Source of the DNA: Octopus sinensis | Taxonomy: Eukaryota | NCBI RefSeq assembly: GCF_006345805.1 | Contig: NC_043001.1 | Span: 113,770,001-113,834,000 of the forward strand | Direction of reading: 5' to 3' | Length of the DNA stretch: 64,000 bases | Shown: piece after piece, positions 28,740 through 42,720 of the stretch | Position numbering within the stretch: the first letter of the stretch is position 1 | Layout of the letters: every line of letters begins with the position of its first letter | Position numbers and translations under genes: made by a program | Notes under the pieces: generated by a model | Told to the model about the DNA's origin: nothing | Seen by the model: only the letters and a program-made list of their open reading frames with translations | Databases searched by the model: none

Positions 28740-29800
28740 TCCGCATAATATTGCACATGCCTACGTCATGTTTCATAGTGGGGTAGTACATTGATGACAT
28801 TTTGTGATAGCGGCTCATCATATGTGATGCCTTCCATAGAAATATGAGATAATCTACATTTTCAATTGCATCTTACCGCTCCAAGGGGTGCACTGTCTCT
28901 ATTGTTTATTAGGTATTTCGTGGCCATCTCCTGTTCTTGGATTGCAAATGCATAGCTTTGTGGCGTGATGTGAGGTAGCGATCATGAGTCCACGAGTAGT
29001 TTCGCTTCATGTCAATATTGCTGCCTTCTTGAGGAAACACACCCATACACGTCTTCCTTTTAGTATTTTGACCGGTTCACATCCAGGTCTTCTTTGAGGT
29101 ATGTTACATGTTAGTTTGCTTGTTTTGGGGTACTTCCTGTGATACCAACACGTAGGATACTGTTTTCTTCTCTTGTCAGCATTAAGTTAATGTATATATT
29201 TTTGTTGCTGTTATTTAAGAAGTGCTTTCTGAGAGAGATTATACGACATCCGAAGGCTGTTTTTCACTTATCTGAAGCCTTTACTACCTTCATTTCTTCT
29301 TAGGTAGATGTCGTCAACGTAACAATTCCTGTAGAGGTTTCCAGCTAATATCAATGACTTATGTGTTTTAACGCCTATGGAGTGTATTTTCTACAGACCA
29401 GTAAAGTATCTCAAACGTTGGAAACAGCATTGGTACTGCAAATGCATTGTAATATATTGTAAGAGGAGAGTTCTGACTGTCATAATATTCTCGGGTCACT
29501 CTAACTTTATTCACAGTACCTTCGTATATGTTTTCATCAATGCTTTGGTACTTATAGGATACATTGTGTGGGGCAGGAGAGACAGTGAGACTATTGATGT
29601 TTTGGTCTGGGGAACAGATTTTCCTTGTTCAACAATCAAATACGAACATTTCTTCTCAAAAAAATCCCATTCTTGTCTGTTGAAAATGTTATAATTGGGG
29701 TGGATTTGGCCATTGCTAACAATTTTAGCATAAATCTCGAGGTCATAAAGAAATTAAGGGTGACATTAATATCTCTAGCAATTGCAGACCCTAGCATGTT
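28740..29800 (-). pseudogene. Heavily decayed R4/Dong-like non-LTR retrotransposon (RT C-terminus to zinc knuckle)
   Basis: Minus-strand remnants YKYQSIDENI, FAVPMLFPTFEILYWS, SYAFAIQEQEMATKYLINNRD and HKMSSMYYPTMKHD; the last parallels MSSRYYLTMRHD near 11630. Confidence 0.7.
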
Positions 29801-30028
29801 GTCATTTGATTTTCGTGGCGAGAATGAACTTAATGAACTTAATACCGACTTGAACAGAATTACCGAAAGATATTTTTCCTTGGAATGTTCTCGTTGAAAT
29901 ATTTATAACATTGGAGACGATTTCCCGCTTTCAGCACTAAGAGTAAGAATTGTTGCCCAGTCTTTTTGAGTCTCTGAATAACAGCAGTTAAGGTAGCAGG
30001 CAAGTTTGCCAAATATAGACAATTCAGC

Positions 30029-30115
30029 ATGCATGTATGTATGTATGTATGTATGTATGTATGTATGTATGTATGTATGTATGTATGTATGTATGTATGC
30101 ATGTATGTATGTACA
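30029..30115. repeat. (ATGT)n microsatellite
   Basis: Read directly. Confidence 0.95.
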
Positions 30116-30921
30116 TTCATCAATCTATCCATCCCTTATTCTCTCTTACTCTTTCACTTTCTCTGTCTCTCTCTTTATATATATATATATATCATTTTAA
30201 TTTCTCCCACACAGACCTACCACATACTTGTGCGCATGTACACATCCATATGCAGAATTATTTGCACACGTAGCTTCGAAGATTAAAGAAGATTAGAAAA
30301 TACATTAAACCAGAGTTTTTATTTGTAATTCTGTGTATTAAATTCTTAGTTAATCATTCATTAGAAAAGAGATTTACTTCGGAAGCTTTACAGTAAAGAA
30401 GATAGATTTGTTTATTCTTTTGAAAGATTAGCGAAAGAAAACACGGTAAACAGAACGAAAATAAGATGCTATAAAACAATATAAGATTACATAGGCAAAT
30501 GTTTGCTTTTGCATTTTTATTTCCATTCTGGACTTGATTTAGCAAAGCTAGCGTTTTTATTTGTTGCATGCAATCTTTGTGTCAACGCTTATTTCTCTCG
30601 CTAATATACTTCAAACTTCAAAATGAAGAAAAAGGATTTTCTTGCTACGTTCTGAAAGTTATCGGAGTATAAAATAAACGAACATATATATATATGTTCT
30701 AAAATATACGTAAAACGAACGAACAAAATGAAATACATTTTAATCCTTCTATGAATCTTAAGGATTCATAGTGTTTGCAGTGAATCAATCCCTTTTTCCG
30801 GAGCATTAAGAATATGAGAAGAAAACTTTCCCACTATCACACACCACATTTCATCACCGATTGGAAACATATTCACACACAGACATGCATGAAACACAAA
30901 AAATTCCTGTACACACACATA

Positions 30922-31439
30922 TCTATATATATAAAACTGTAGTTGTGTGAGTGTCTGTCTCCTACGATTTAGATTCCTAACTCCTCCCACATTTTGCGGT
31001 GCAGTTTAACCAAAACCGGGTATCTTATAGTCGTGATTCATATCGAGCCCGTCTGGCTATTAGCGCGCGTCTACGATGAGTCTACGATTTTAAAAATAAT
31101 TTAAACATCATTTTTTATTCCATTTTAATGCATAATTTTTCGTGTGTCGATGGCGGCGGAGTTGGCGTCCACGCTCAAACACCTGCACCTGTGTTTGCTT
31201 CTCCCCCTTCTTCCCTCCCTCGTGAAGCTGTGGGGAAGGGAGTTTAAGGAAATCAACGTCGTAATGCGTTGTCAAGGAGACCAGCGTTCTTTTAGAACAA
31301 CGACTTCATGGCTTGAAGACATCAAAACAGAAATGGCTAAAAAAGCCCGAATTGGCATCTATAAGGGAAGTAACTCTCTAAAAATGCTTATATAGTTATT
31401 TCCCTTACAAACCCGAGCAACGCCGGGCGATACTGCTAG
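30922..31439 (+). mobile_element. Non-autonomous Helitron, unit 1 of tandem
   Basis: A|TC start, subterminal hairpin CCCGAGC-AAC-GCCGGG, CTAG end. Confidence 0.85.
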
Positions 31440-31837
31440 TCTTTATATATAAAAGTCAAGTTGTGTGTCTGTCTACTCCGATTTAGATTCCTAACTACTC
31501 CCACATTTTGCGGTGCAGTGTAACCAAAAGCGGGTATCTTATAGTTGTGATTCATATCGAGCCCTTCTGGGTATTAGCGCGCATCTACGATGAGTCTACG
31601 ATTTTAAAAATAATTTACCATCATTTTTTTCCATTTTAATGCATTTTCCTCGCTATTATATAAAGGAAGTAACTCTCTAAAAATGTCTACGATGAGTCAA
31701 CGATTAAAAAAAAAATTTACCATAATTTTTTTCCATTTTCAATGCATTGTTTTGCTATTTTTTGGCTATAACTCTCTAAAAATGCTTATATAGTTATTTC
31801 CCTTACAAACCCGAGCAACGCCGGGCGATACTGCTAG
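31440..31837 (+). mobile_element. Non-autonomous Helitron, unit 2 of tandem
   Basis: TC start directly after unit 1 CTAG; same hairpin; CTAG|T end. Confidence 0.85.
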
Positions 31838-32334
31838 TATATATATATATATATATATATATAGTATATATATGCCGAAATCTTTTACATGCCGAAATCT
31901 ACTTGGTGTAATTAATAATTATTCCAAATTAATTAATTTCACCCTTTATTGTTACTGATATATATATATATATATATATAATATATATATACTGGTACGC
32001 GCATAAACAATTATTTAGAGAGGCAAACATATCCTTTGCTGAGACTCATTATTGAGTTCTCTCGTCAGTATATGTTTAATGTTAGTTACTAGTAGTTTCC
32101 CGAAACTAACAGACGAATACCACGGACGAAAACTACACACACATACATATACATACACTCATGCTGATTCACATTTAAGCATATGTATATGTATGGGTGC
32201 ACGGCTTCTTGTTTCAGTCATTAAACTATGGCCTCACATATCTGTCTATCTATCTATCTACCTATCTATCTATTTATCTATCTATTTATCTATCTATCTG
32301 TCTCTTTCTCCCTCATTCTCTGTCTGTCTGTCTG

Positions 32335-32399
<65 letters not shown>

Positions 32400-32433
32400 A
32401 TATCTATATATATATATATATAGATAGATAGAT

Positions 32434-32488
<55 letters not shown>

Positions 32489-32494
32489 TTATAT

Positions 32495-32640
32495 ACGACG
32501 GATTTCAGTTTCCGTTTGCCAAATTCACTCACAATTCTTTGGTTGGTCCAAAACTATTGTACAAGACACTTGCCCAAGGTACCACGCATTACTACTGAAT
32601 TTCGCACCATATCGTTACAAGCAAGCTTCTTACCAAAGAG
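32495..32640 (-). mobile_element. Decayed SINE family A 5' half
   Basis: TTTCAGTTTCCGT..AAGACACTTGCCCAAGGTACCACGCA. Confidence 0.65.
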
Positions 32641-32945
32641 CCAAATACGCGTGTGTATCGTTCATTTGTTTCAGTCATTAGACGAAAAAAGAAGTCAGTC
32701 ATTGTACTCCACTTGTCAAGTTAACTGTCAGTTAAATACATTTTGAAATCTTGATGATTATTATGAACGTACGAAATCGCTAATTGAATTTTATGAACAT
32801 TACAAAATATTTTTTGTAATGTTTAACACACTTCAACATTGTAAAAAAATTCTTAAAATACAATAATAAAAAGAACGTGAAAACCAAACCATGTTTTAAC
32901 TTTATTCTACTGATATATTATTCTATACACATTTAAACAAAATTT

Positions 32946-32984
<39 letters not shown>

Positions 32985-33484
32985 CCCTAAAATACAAAAT
33001 GATCAAGACTGGATTGCCATTGATCATCGCATCGACTCGTTCGGGTTTAACCTGTATCAAAATAATCAATACTAATCAAATACGTATCTTAGACAGTCTA
33101 GACACAGACCAGGTTTCCGCGAGGACAAAGCAAAACAATGTAAGCAACCGCTGTTCACTCATACGTGAAAAATATTTTGAGATTAATCCCTACAAGGTCC
33201 GCCTACAAGATTTTAGTGATAAGAACATACTGGCAACATAATCACTTTAATTTAGATGTCATTTCCTTTTGAGACGTGCAGATCAGAACGAAATCGAATT
33301 CCACTAAGATTAAAATGAATTACTGCAATGTACCAAAGAATTACCTTATCTAGTATATCTACACTTTTAAGAGCGTAAAATGTGTTTTGATGGAAATTTG
33401 CTTGCTGTGCCTTCAATATCCGACTTCCACGTGCTTGTTCTGTCGGTTTTAATTCTGTTGCGTTATTTAATATATGAAGAGTTG

Positions 33485-33688
33485 AAGGCGGCGAGCTGGT
33501 AGATTAGTTACAACACGGGCTAAAATGCTTAGCGGCATTTCGTCTGTCTTTACGTTCTGTGTTCAAATACTGCCGAGGTCATCTTCTCGGCGTCGTAAAA
33601 TAAGCACCAGTTGAACAATGTTGTTGATGTAATCAATTTAACCCTTTCCCTAAAATTGCTGGTCTTGTGCCAAAATTTGGAGTCAATA
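33485..33688 (+). mobile_element. Decayed SINE family B monomer (alternative tail)
   Basis: AAGGCGGCGAGCTGG head and GTTCAAAT B-box-like motif. Confidence 0.7.
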
Positions 33689-33690
33689 TA

Positions 33691-33916
33691 CAGGGTGTGG
33701 TGCAGAAGTAACGCTCTTTTTGCATTCAATAACGTTTATAGTATGTAAATGTTTATGAAGTAATTTTTTATTGAACACAAAGTTATTGCATTACTTAAAG
33801 AAACAAATAATAAAGTAATTAAAAAAAACTCGCAGAAGTTTTAGGAAATAAAAAAGAAACTCAGTTAAAAACTAGAAAACTCAAATAGAAAATGGCGTTG
33901 CCTCTGCTGCATCCTG
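33691..33916. mobile_element. Tc1/mariner-type MITE with TA TSD
   Basis: TA|CAGGGTG..GCAGAAGTAACGC at left; GCGTTGCCTCTGCTGCATCCTG|TA at right. Confidence 0.7.
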
Positions 33917-34977
33917 TATATGTAGAAAATGCACAATAAATTGTGTCATTTCGGAATGGGTTTTCTTTATGTTATTTTATTATTACCTATATTTTATTTT
34001 CTTTATTTTATTTTAATATTGCCTTTATTTTATTTTATTTTATTTTATTTTATTATTACCTTTATTTTATTATTACTAACATCAGTAAAAAAAGGTGGCT
34101 TTGTGAGTAAAATGTCCGGTTCACGATTAAAAGGTTCTGAGTTCGTTTCTTGAACTGCGGGACGTTTCGTGACCTTGTGCAAAGCATTTCAATTCATGTT
34201 GTTCCGTATATGTAACTGAAATATGTAATGAGAACAAGCCCAGTGCTGGCGAAGTATTTTACTCTCCAGCTATAACGTTCTCTATATTCCACTGGAATAA
34301 GGAGTTTGTGGATTAAAAAGGTATCTACATCTTTTCTGGTGTATATAATTGTCAAACATTTAGTGAAAGCATAGTAAATGTTTCTAAAGCATACACGCTC
34401 GCGATTCATGTCTATGGTCTATTTATCGGTATCTGTATAAATTTATACGAATACATAAATACCCTAATGTAGGCGTTCGCAATTTCATAATGGTCATATG
34501 TAATGTAAACCTCTAAATCTACCGGTAGGTGAATGGAAAAATTAATGAATCACAAAAGAAGAGATCTGAACAAACATAAGCAACGAGAATAGGTAACTTC
34601 AGGTTAAGCTGACATCACGAGAGTGGGATAGCTGATATTGTTATGTTTTGTTGGGGAAGAATATAAAGCAAAATGCGTATATATGCATGTCTGTTCGTGT
34701 GTGTGCTTTTGTGTATATATGAGTGTGTGTATATGTATATGTGTGTGAAAATCGGACAACTTTTGTGAGCAGACAAAAGGTGGCCGGATTGAGAGAAACT
34801 TTCTTTTTAATAGCTATATTTGCCCACACTCACGCGCATGCACACACGCACGCACGTACATACACAAACACACACACAGACCACACATGCATGCATGCAC
34901 ACACACATGCGCACATACAACTGATTTCTATTTTTCCTGTTTGCACCACAATATATGCATATATATATATATATTTA

Positions 34978-35095
34978 GGAAGAGTTTACGAAAAAAACAA
35001 AAGACGAAAATAGGTGGTGTACAAAACAAACAGAAGTATTGGTATAACGCTTAGGAATAGAAACAATCTTTTACATTTCGAGCCTACGCTCTTCT
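34978..35095 (-). mobile_element. Short repeat fragment (same family as 49900-50120) between (TA)n tracts
   Basis: Minus strand GAAGAGCGTAGGCTCGAAATGTAAAAGA matches 50021-50048. Confidence 0.65.
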
Positions 35096-35351
35096 ATATA
35101 TATATATATATATATTAATAATAATAAAATATTAGGGAATAAATCCAAACTTACAGGGAAAAATCAGATTTAGGATTAAATCCAATTTTATAGTATAAAT
35201 ATATTATATTATATTATAATAAATTACAGATAAAACCACTATTAGGCAAATCAAACAATGAAAAACATAAGCCAATACATAAAATTAATTTAATTTATAT
35301 TATTTTAAAATATATATCAAAAGTATAAAAGTTACATATATATATAATATA

Positions 35352-35457
<106 letters not shown>

Positions 35458-35485
35458 GCATGTATGTATGTATATCTATATGTAA

Positions 35486-35769
35486 TTGCAGCATGGAAGC
35501 TGTTCATAAGCCATTTAAAAACACACACAAAAACTGTTCGATTCACTTCAACATTTAAATTTAATTTGTGTCAAAATATTTTCGTCGCTTTCAAACCGGG
35601 ACCCGTTCACTGATAAAATTTCGTGCTGCATGAAATGTTTGTCATTGAACAGATCACGGTTTGAAAGCGACAAAAATATTTTGGCAAAAATTAATTTTAA
35701 ATGTTGAAGTGAATCGAACAGTTTTTGTGTGTCTTTTTAAATGGCTTATAAGCACCTTTCACACTGCAA
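35486..35769. mobile_element. Fully palindromic foldback element / MITE (about 140-bp arms, almost no loop)
   Basis: ATAAGCCATTTAAAAA..CTGTTCGATTCACTTCAACATTTAAA..GTCGCTTTCAAACCG mirrored around about 35627. Confidence 0.9.
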
Positions 35770-36030
35770 GTCTTCTGCTATGTAAGTAAATGTTCGTAAC
35801 ATATATATATATATACATTCATATGCATACATAATGTATACACACACATACATATATATGTTTACATATACATACACACATAAATATATATATATTTACA
35901 TATATATACACACGCACAAACAAACACATATTTTTATACATGTATATAGACAGATAATCTGACGAACAGACAGACATACAAACAGATAGATTGATTGACA
36001 GATTGATAGGTTGATAAAAAGAAGCAAAGA

Positions 36031-36082
<52 letters not shown>

Positions 36083-37276
36083 GAAACAGAGAAGTATAAA
36101 TAGAGAGGCAGAGACAGACAAACTGTCACAGAGACGGGTGAGATCAAAACAGAACAGTATACAGGAAAAGATATCAATGCAACGGAGATGTAGCATGCAG
36201 TGTAGAGTTCAGATTGAAATTTCAAACATTAATCTTCCACCATTACTGAATATAATCCATGCAGTGTTTGAGTGATTTAACAACGATAAATCTTTGGCTG
36301 CCGGAAAGATGTTGTGTTGATGAAAGGAAGATGAAAAAAAAATAATAATAAAAGTGTGAAAAGGGGATTATGACGTGATTCTTTGATGCAGCAGCCAATT
36401 AGTTACCTGTGGTGGTGAAAGTTTTACACCATATTGGCCTTGAGTCTTATTTTGTAGTTAGAAGCTGGTGCTTTTTTTTTTTGGTTTTTATATTTATTAC
36501 ATTTTATGCGATTTCACACATACATAAATACGCATACTCACATCATATTCAGACAATCATGTCACATACCCTATCTCGCAAACATTGAGTGTATGAGTGT
36601 GTGTGTATGTGTTTGTGTACATGCATGTGGGCATATGTTGTGGTTGCACGTACATACATATATATTGCGATATGTGTGTGTTTGTGTGCGTGCATGTGTG
36701 AGTGCGTATATGTTATATGCAAGCTTGAGAGTAAGCACCCGTGATAATGCGTGTCTCTGTGTGCTCTATAAATACATATATACGCATATATTGACATTTA
36801 CCATTACTATATATATGTTTCTAAGCATATATTTACAGTAGAATGCAAAAGTTTTCCGCCTCTTTAAACTATTGTAAATTTCTACTAATTACCAACTTAG
36901 AAGTGGATGTTTCGCATTGCTTATTTTTACAGATGAAACATTGGCCCTGTTGGAGTTATTTTCATACCTATATAATTTATTTTTTAGTAGGGGTTTTGAA
37001 TGCGAGGGGCAGATGCGAAACGGCCACCAAAAATTGCCGTGGAAAAGTTTTCGGCCACCTCACATAAAGCAGTGAAGATACAGGGTTTTAAAACAGAAAA
37101 ATGTCTATAATGGAGTAACTGTACATTGTTAATATTTCGTGTGCCTTCCATTGGCTTGAGTAATGGCTTCAGTGCACCTGAAAGAGATGCGGACAATTTA
37201 TATATGAGTATGTATGTGAGTGCACGTACATATCCGTATATGCCAGCGTGTGTGTATATACGTATGTATATATAGA

Positions 37277-37317
<41 letters not shown>

Positions 37318-37860
37318 CAAATGAAATCAAAAACAGAACACAAAGGATGTCGCGGTTCACGTGTTTCAAGCTTTATAAACGACCTATTCTTACATCAGTG
37401 TATAATCGACATAAAGGATGGTTTAAAACTCTCTTCAACCGCATGCAATTGTTATACCAAAGGTTTACATCACATTATGAAAAGTCCGAAAGGTACAATT
37501 AGTGTTACCCATAATGATAGGTATATCAAGTCTCCCTGAGAAAGTGTATTTGTAAACTTTCATAGTCAAATAGGTGTGTAGGGTATCATTGGATTTTGAA
37601 AAACTGCCCATACTGTATCACCAGTCAACATAGAGTGAATGTTAAATAGATATGAATGGGTTCATTCCTCTTGTAAGAGAAAAGAAATAAGGAGAAAGAA
37701 AGAGAGAGAAAAAAGAGGAAGAAAGACAGAAAATGTAGGGAGTGTATGGGGAGGAAAAGTAGATAGAAAGAAAGAAGAGAGAAAAGAAATACACACACAT
37801 ATATATATACATATATATATATATATGAAATACACACACACACATATATATACATACACC

Positions 37861-37938
<78 letters not shown>

Positions 37939-38237
37939 TGTGTGTATATATATATGTGTGAGTGTGTATCTATATATATAAAAGAGAAATACTGTTCGTT
38001 TGTGTGTTTCTTTGTCCATCAAAATGAAAGTAAATGCTTCAAGGGAAGCAACAGTATTTAAAAGACTAGATTTTACTCATAAAGTGTTGAAATCTTACAT
38101 GTATACACATTTTGCCTAAAAAATGGATCTACAAATTCAATATCCCAACATATCTCACATCTATTTTCTTTCCTCCACCTCACTCTCTATTTTGTATCAT
38201 ATCTAAATTAACTATTACTTAACCATCCTCTCACACC

Positions 38238-38285
38238 GTCTCCGATGAAGGGATATAATAAATATCCAAGAAACAGCTGTAAGAC
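38238..38285 (+). ncRNA. Minimal hammerhead-like motif, U4C core variant
   Basis: GTCT-CCGATGA-AG-GGATAT-AATAA-ATATCC-AA-GAAAC-AGCT-GTA-AGAC. Confidence 0.55.
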
Positions 38286-38356
38286 CTTCTATCTATAAAT
38301 TTTCAAAAATCTACTCAGCTGACCATTTAACATAGTACTGTCATGGCACTCCCACA

Positions 38357-38530
38357 TTCTTCTTCTTCTTCTTCTTCTTCTTCTTCTTCTTCTTCTTCAC
38401 CTTCTTCTTCTTCTTCTTCACCTTCTTCTTCTTCTTCTTCACCTTCTTCTTCTTCTTCTTCTTCTTCTTCTTCTTCTCCTTCTCCTCCCCCTCCTCCCCC
38501 TCCTCCTCCTCCTTCTCCTTCTCCTTCTTC
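38357..38530. repeat. (TTC)n/(TCC)n microsatellite
   Basis: Read directly. Confidence 0.95.
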
Positions 38531-38692
38531 CATACCAAGAATTCGCAACGACCTCGAACCCACAAGAGTAAACAAGAGAGACAGAGACAGGCAGAAACAA
38601 GGAAAATGCCTCTTGTATTTGAACACTATACAAATATTCTTTAAAAAAAAACTTTTCTTTTATTTTTTTCCCAATTTAACTTTCCATATTTA

Positions 38693-38728
38693 CAGTTGAA
38701 AAAGTCTCAATGACTGAAACCGGTACTG
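38693..38728 (+). ncRNA. Minimal hammerhead-like motif with U3-A8 core
   Basis: CAG-TTGAAAA-AGTC-TCAAT-GACT-GAAAC-CG-GTA-CTG; all three stems pair. Confidence 0.5.
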
Positions 38729-40154
38729 AAATGTTTTTTATAAAATTATTTTATCATTTTGTATCTTGACTTTTTTCCATATATATATATATGCTCCAGT
38801 GTTCTATGCTCAAGAAATAACAGTTAAATCTCCCTCACATTGTGCCCTATAGATTAATATAATGCAGTTCAACATGCATTATATCTACAAAATGTGAATT
38901 AAATGATAAAATGTTCATAGCTGCTCAGTTCTATTAGGCTGACCTGGGGCTATATACTGCCAACAAAATATAATATATCTATATTATACAACAAATCAAT
39001 CGAAGAAGGAATTCTGTACGTGCTAATTCGGTCTGCTAAAAATCGCAGCGAATGTTATAATACCAGCGTTTCCAATATAAATTATATTTGAACAAAATAC
39101 AGGAAAGATTCTTTTGATTATAGATAGATCGACTTCGAATGTGGTTAACAGGTTGCAATTTGAACAATGAACGTTTTGATCTACCTAGACTGTGAAATAA
39201 CTAGGTGCATAACAAACATCTTTTTCATCATGCTAAAGCTGGGGTTAATAACTACAACAATGGCATAGAAGTGAAGTATCAATTAGCCATATCTACTGGC
39301 ATTCAGGAAATGCACAGGAAATTATATGATCTACTTCCCTGTCAAAACTCTATTATCAAAACTATTATCAAAGAAAAAAATCTCACAAGAAAATAAGCTC
39401 CAACTGGGGACTCTCATACTTAGGAAAGTAATACTTGCGTTTTGCAATGCGAAATTATATAAATTTCTAAAAGATAGGGGGGATAGTGTGATCTTCTCAA
39501 ACGACGAACAATAGCTTGTAATATATATGAAATATATATGTAGAAAATTAAATGTTTTAAAATTTCTTTATACAGGTAGCAAAATACTATTCAGCTGACC
39601 CTTGTGTATCACTGGTTGAAATTGCTTAAATTAAACGTCTATTCCGGAGGGATTTTTAACGCATTGCTGTAAAACAATCAGTTTCCACATGCAATATGCA
39701 TAGTGGCCATGAATTGCTGATGAGATCATAATAAAAGCGAAACATGCCTGACTTGTCACTCGTATTCATCGCAAGTCTCATAATAAAATTTTCCAATGAT
39801 TAATACTGCACTTTTCTTGCCTCCATAATTATTTCTTCAGTACCGGACGAAACGTCCTATGGTATTGGTTTCGACTTCAAGCGATCTGATTCTAAATCTC
39901 AGTTGAACTTTGCATCTTATTCTTCCCAATCAAATGAAATAACAAAACTCAGGGATGTACACTGAGTACATTGTTAGAATAATGGACAAATGCTTTGTGG
40001 AATTTGTTCTGGCTCTTTTTGTACAACCACGTTTAGGGTCAACCGGAAATTTCTATGAAACTCACATTGTGGTGATCAAACAAGTCACTAGATACCGTTA
40101 GTCAATTTGATGGTTCTTGGAAGAAAATTTTGTTAAGTTCCATGCATGAAATAA

Positions 40155-40550
40155 CGTTTATCTTTTATCTTTTACTTTTCCATTCTTCAGTCATTGGACT
40201 GGGGCCATACTGGAGCACCACCCAGAAGAGTATAGTCGAACAATTTGACCACTACTTCTTTTATTCTTCGCTGCTATTTATTTTATTGTACACCTTTGCC
40301 GAAATGGACCAGTATGGTATGGGGGGAAAAAAAAAGAATATACACCGGTTGTTAAGCGATTTTGGTGGACAAAAACGATTATAAACACACACACACATAC
40401 ACACACTCATGAACACATATACACGACGAGCAAGACTCACAAGGCATTGGTCGACCCGAGACTATAGTGTGAAACACTCGCCTAAGGTGCAGCGCAGTAT
40501 GACTATACCGAAAACCATGTGACTGAAATCCAAGCTCCGTAACGAAAGTT
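40155..40550 (-). mobile_element. Decayed SINE family A
   Basis: CAGTCATT..GGCCATACTGGAGCACC and ACTCACAAGGCATTGGTCG. Confidence 0.65.
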
Positions 40551-40834
40551 CTCACCAACATCTGTTTTTTTTTAACACTAATTAGTCCATTGTTTTCCTT
40601 ACGGGTCAATAGGCTCAGGATAATTTTTTCCAGAAACATCTATTTCGAATCATTTCAAAAGTCTTGAATATTTCTTTCACCACTTCATCAAAAAAATCAG
40701 TGAAGCTAATGTATAAGTGGATTAGATCATAAATGGTGTTAAACGTGCATATGTACATATACATGCACGTATTCTTGCAAGGATGCCTGTTTATATATAT
40801 ATATCATTCATCAAAATACATAAGTTAAATAAGT

Positions 40835-41043
40835 CGGTGAACTGGCAGAATCGGTAGCGCCCCGGGCAAAATGCTTAGCAGCATATTCTACGATTTTACG
40901 TCCTGATTTCAAATACAAATGAGGTCGACTTCACCTTTCATCTTTTCGGAGTGGTATAATAAGTACCAGTTGAACCCTGAGGTTGATGTAATCGACTTAC
41001 CCCGCTCCGGAAATTGCTTGGTTTGAGCCAAAATTTGAAACCG
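40835..41043 (+). mobile_element. Decayed SINE family B monomer
   Basis: CTGGCAGAA..GAGGTCGACTT.CCTTTCATC..AAGTACCAG. Confidence 0.7.
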
Positions 41044-41109
41044 ACATATATAATCTAACGTTACACACAACGGTGCGAAAGCCAAAGAACCAGTGTCACT
41101 ACGGCCGTT

Positions 41110-41469
41110 GGATGGAAGCACTCCGTCGGTTACGACGATGAGGGTTCCGGTTGATCCGAATCAACGGAACAGCCTGCTCGTGAAATTAACGTGTACCCTT
41201 AACGTAGTTCTCGGGGATATTCAGCGTGACACAGAGAGTGGCAAGGCCGGCCCTTTGAAATACAGGTACAACAGAAACAGAAAGTAAGAGTGAGAGAAAG
41301 TTGTGGTGAAAGAGTACAGCAGGGATCACCACCATTTCTGCCGGAGCCTCGTGGAGCTTTTTAGGTGTTTTCGCTCAATAAACACTCACAACGCCCGGTC
41401 TGGGAATCGAAACCGCGATCCTATGACCGCGAGTCTGCTGCCCTAACCACTGGGCCATTGCGCCTCCAC
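41110..41469 (-). mobile_element. SINE family C (tail type 1) with 12-bp TSD
   Basis: TSD ACTACGGCCGTT at 41098-41109 and 41470-41481. Confidence 0.92.
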
Positions 41470-41847
41470 ACTACGGCCGTTATAGTTACATTGAATCAAT
41501 GATTGATATGCGGGGAATGTGTAGCCAACTACGCCAGTGCACACACATCGCATATCTGGAAATTCATGGACCAGATAGCAGCACCAGTGTCTGGTGAAAT
41601 GTAATCTATATTAGAATAGATAAAATAACAGATGATTCAGAATTCTATAATTAACCTGGATAGATAATTCTTATTTTAACGTATCGGTGGTAATAAAACT
41701 GCATCTTTATTCGTGTTCCCCTTATGCTATCTGTCTATGTATGCATTCATAGAGCTAAGCGTACATACATACATACACATGTGTGCCTATGTATATGTAT
41801 ATTGTGTGTATGTATATATATTGTGAACAAATACGTGTATAAATAAA

Positions 41848-41892
<45 letters not shown>

Positions 41893-41913
41893 ATACACTC
41901 GCACGCACTCATG

Positions 41914-41975
<62 letters not shown>

Positions 41976-42720
41976 CACTCGCACATACACATGTATGTAT
42001 ATATATATATATATTTCTTCTGCAAATCTGTCTGCAAGCTGTCGCTTTAATCTGATTTGCAACTCCATTCGCAATAATAATTATTATATTTTGTTTTTAT
42101 GTGACCCATTGTACGTGAGTTCTTTTAATGTCACTGATAATTGTGTATCGCAGAAAGCAATAACTTTGTATAGTTTTTGAAAGTAGTGCTATTGAGGCTA
42201 AATTTTTAATGATTATTTTATATCAGTTAAGAAAATAGTATATGAATATTACTGGAGCAGCAACTACTACACAATGTCTGGTCATAAAAAGGGTTTTATG
42301 GAATCAATACACGAATCTACGAAGAAAGTTTTAAGGTTTTGTGAATGTTTGCATAAGTAAAACAGCTAAAGAACGTGGGGGCACAAATTATTAGGTACTT
42401 TGTTATTTCTGTGTTGTCAACCATGTTTCAATGCAATAACTGATGCATCTTCACCGTAACCTTCTTTGCCGAGCGAAACTCATTTTAGGGTGAAGATGTT
42501 TCACTCATTGCATTGAAATACGATTCTCACTGGGACAAAGAAAAGATTGATTTGATTGTTTTTGACGAAATTAATATAGTGTGACATCGGATATTCATAA
42601 AGCGAGTTCGTTGCTACTTTAAACAATTGAAAACGGTTTAAATTTTAACCTGTACCTGTTTGAATTGTTGTTCACTTTTAGAAATATTTTAGGTAAAAAT
42701 GATTAAGAGCACATACACAC

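Noticed and set aside
32025-32077. Minus-strand CTGACGA with a hairpin and flanking stem
   Set aside because: It lacks GAAA and a UH cleavage site.
39717-39752. CTGATGA..GAAAC-AT-GCC hammerhead-like spacing
   Set aside because: Stems I and II do not pair and the triplet is GCC; at most a dead remnant.
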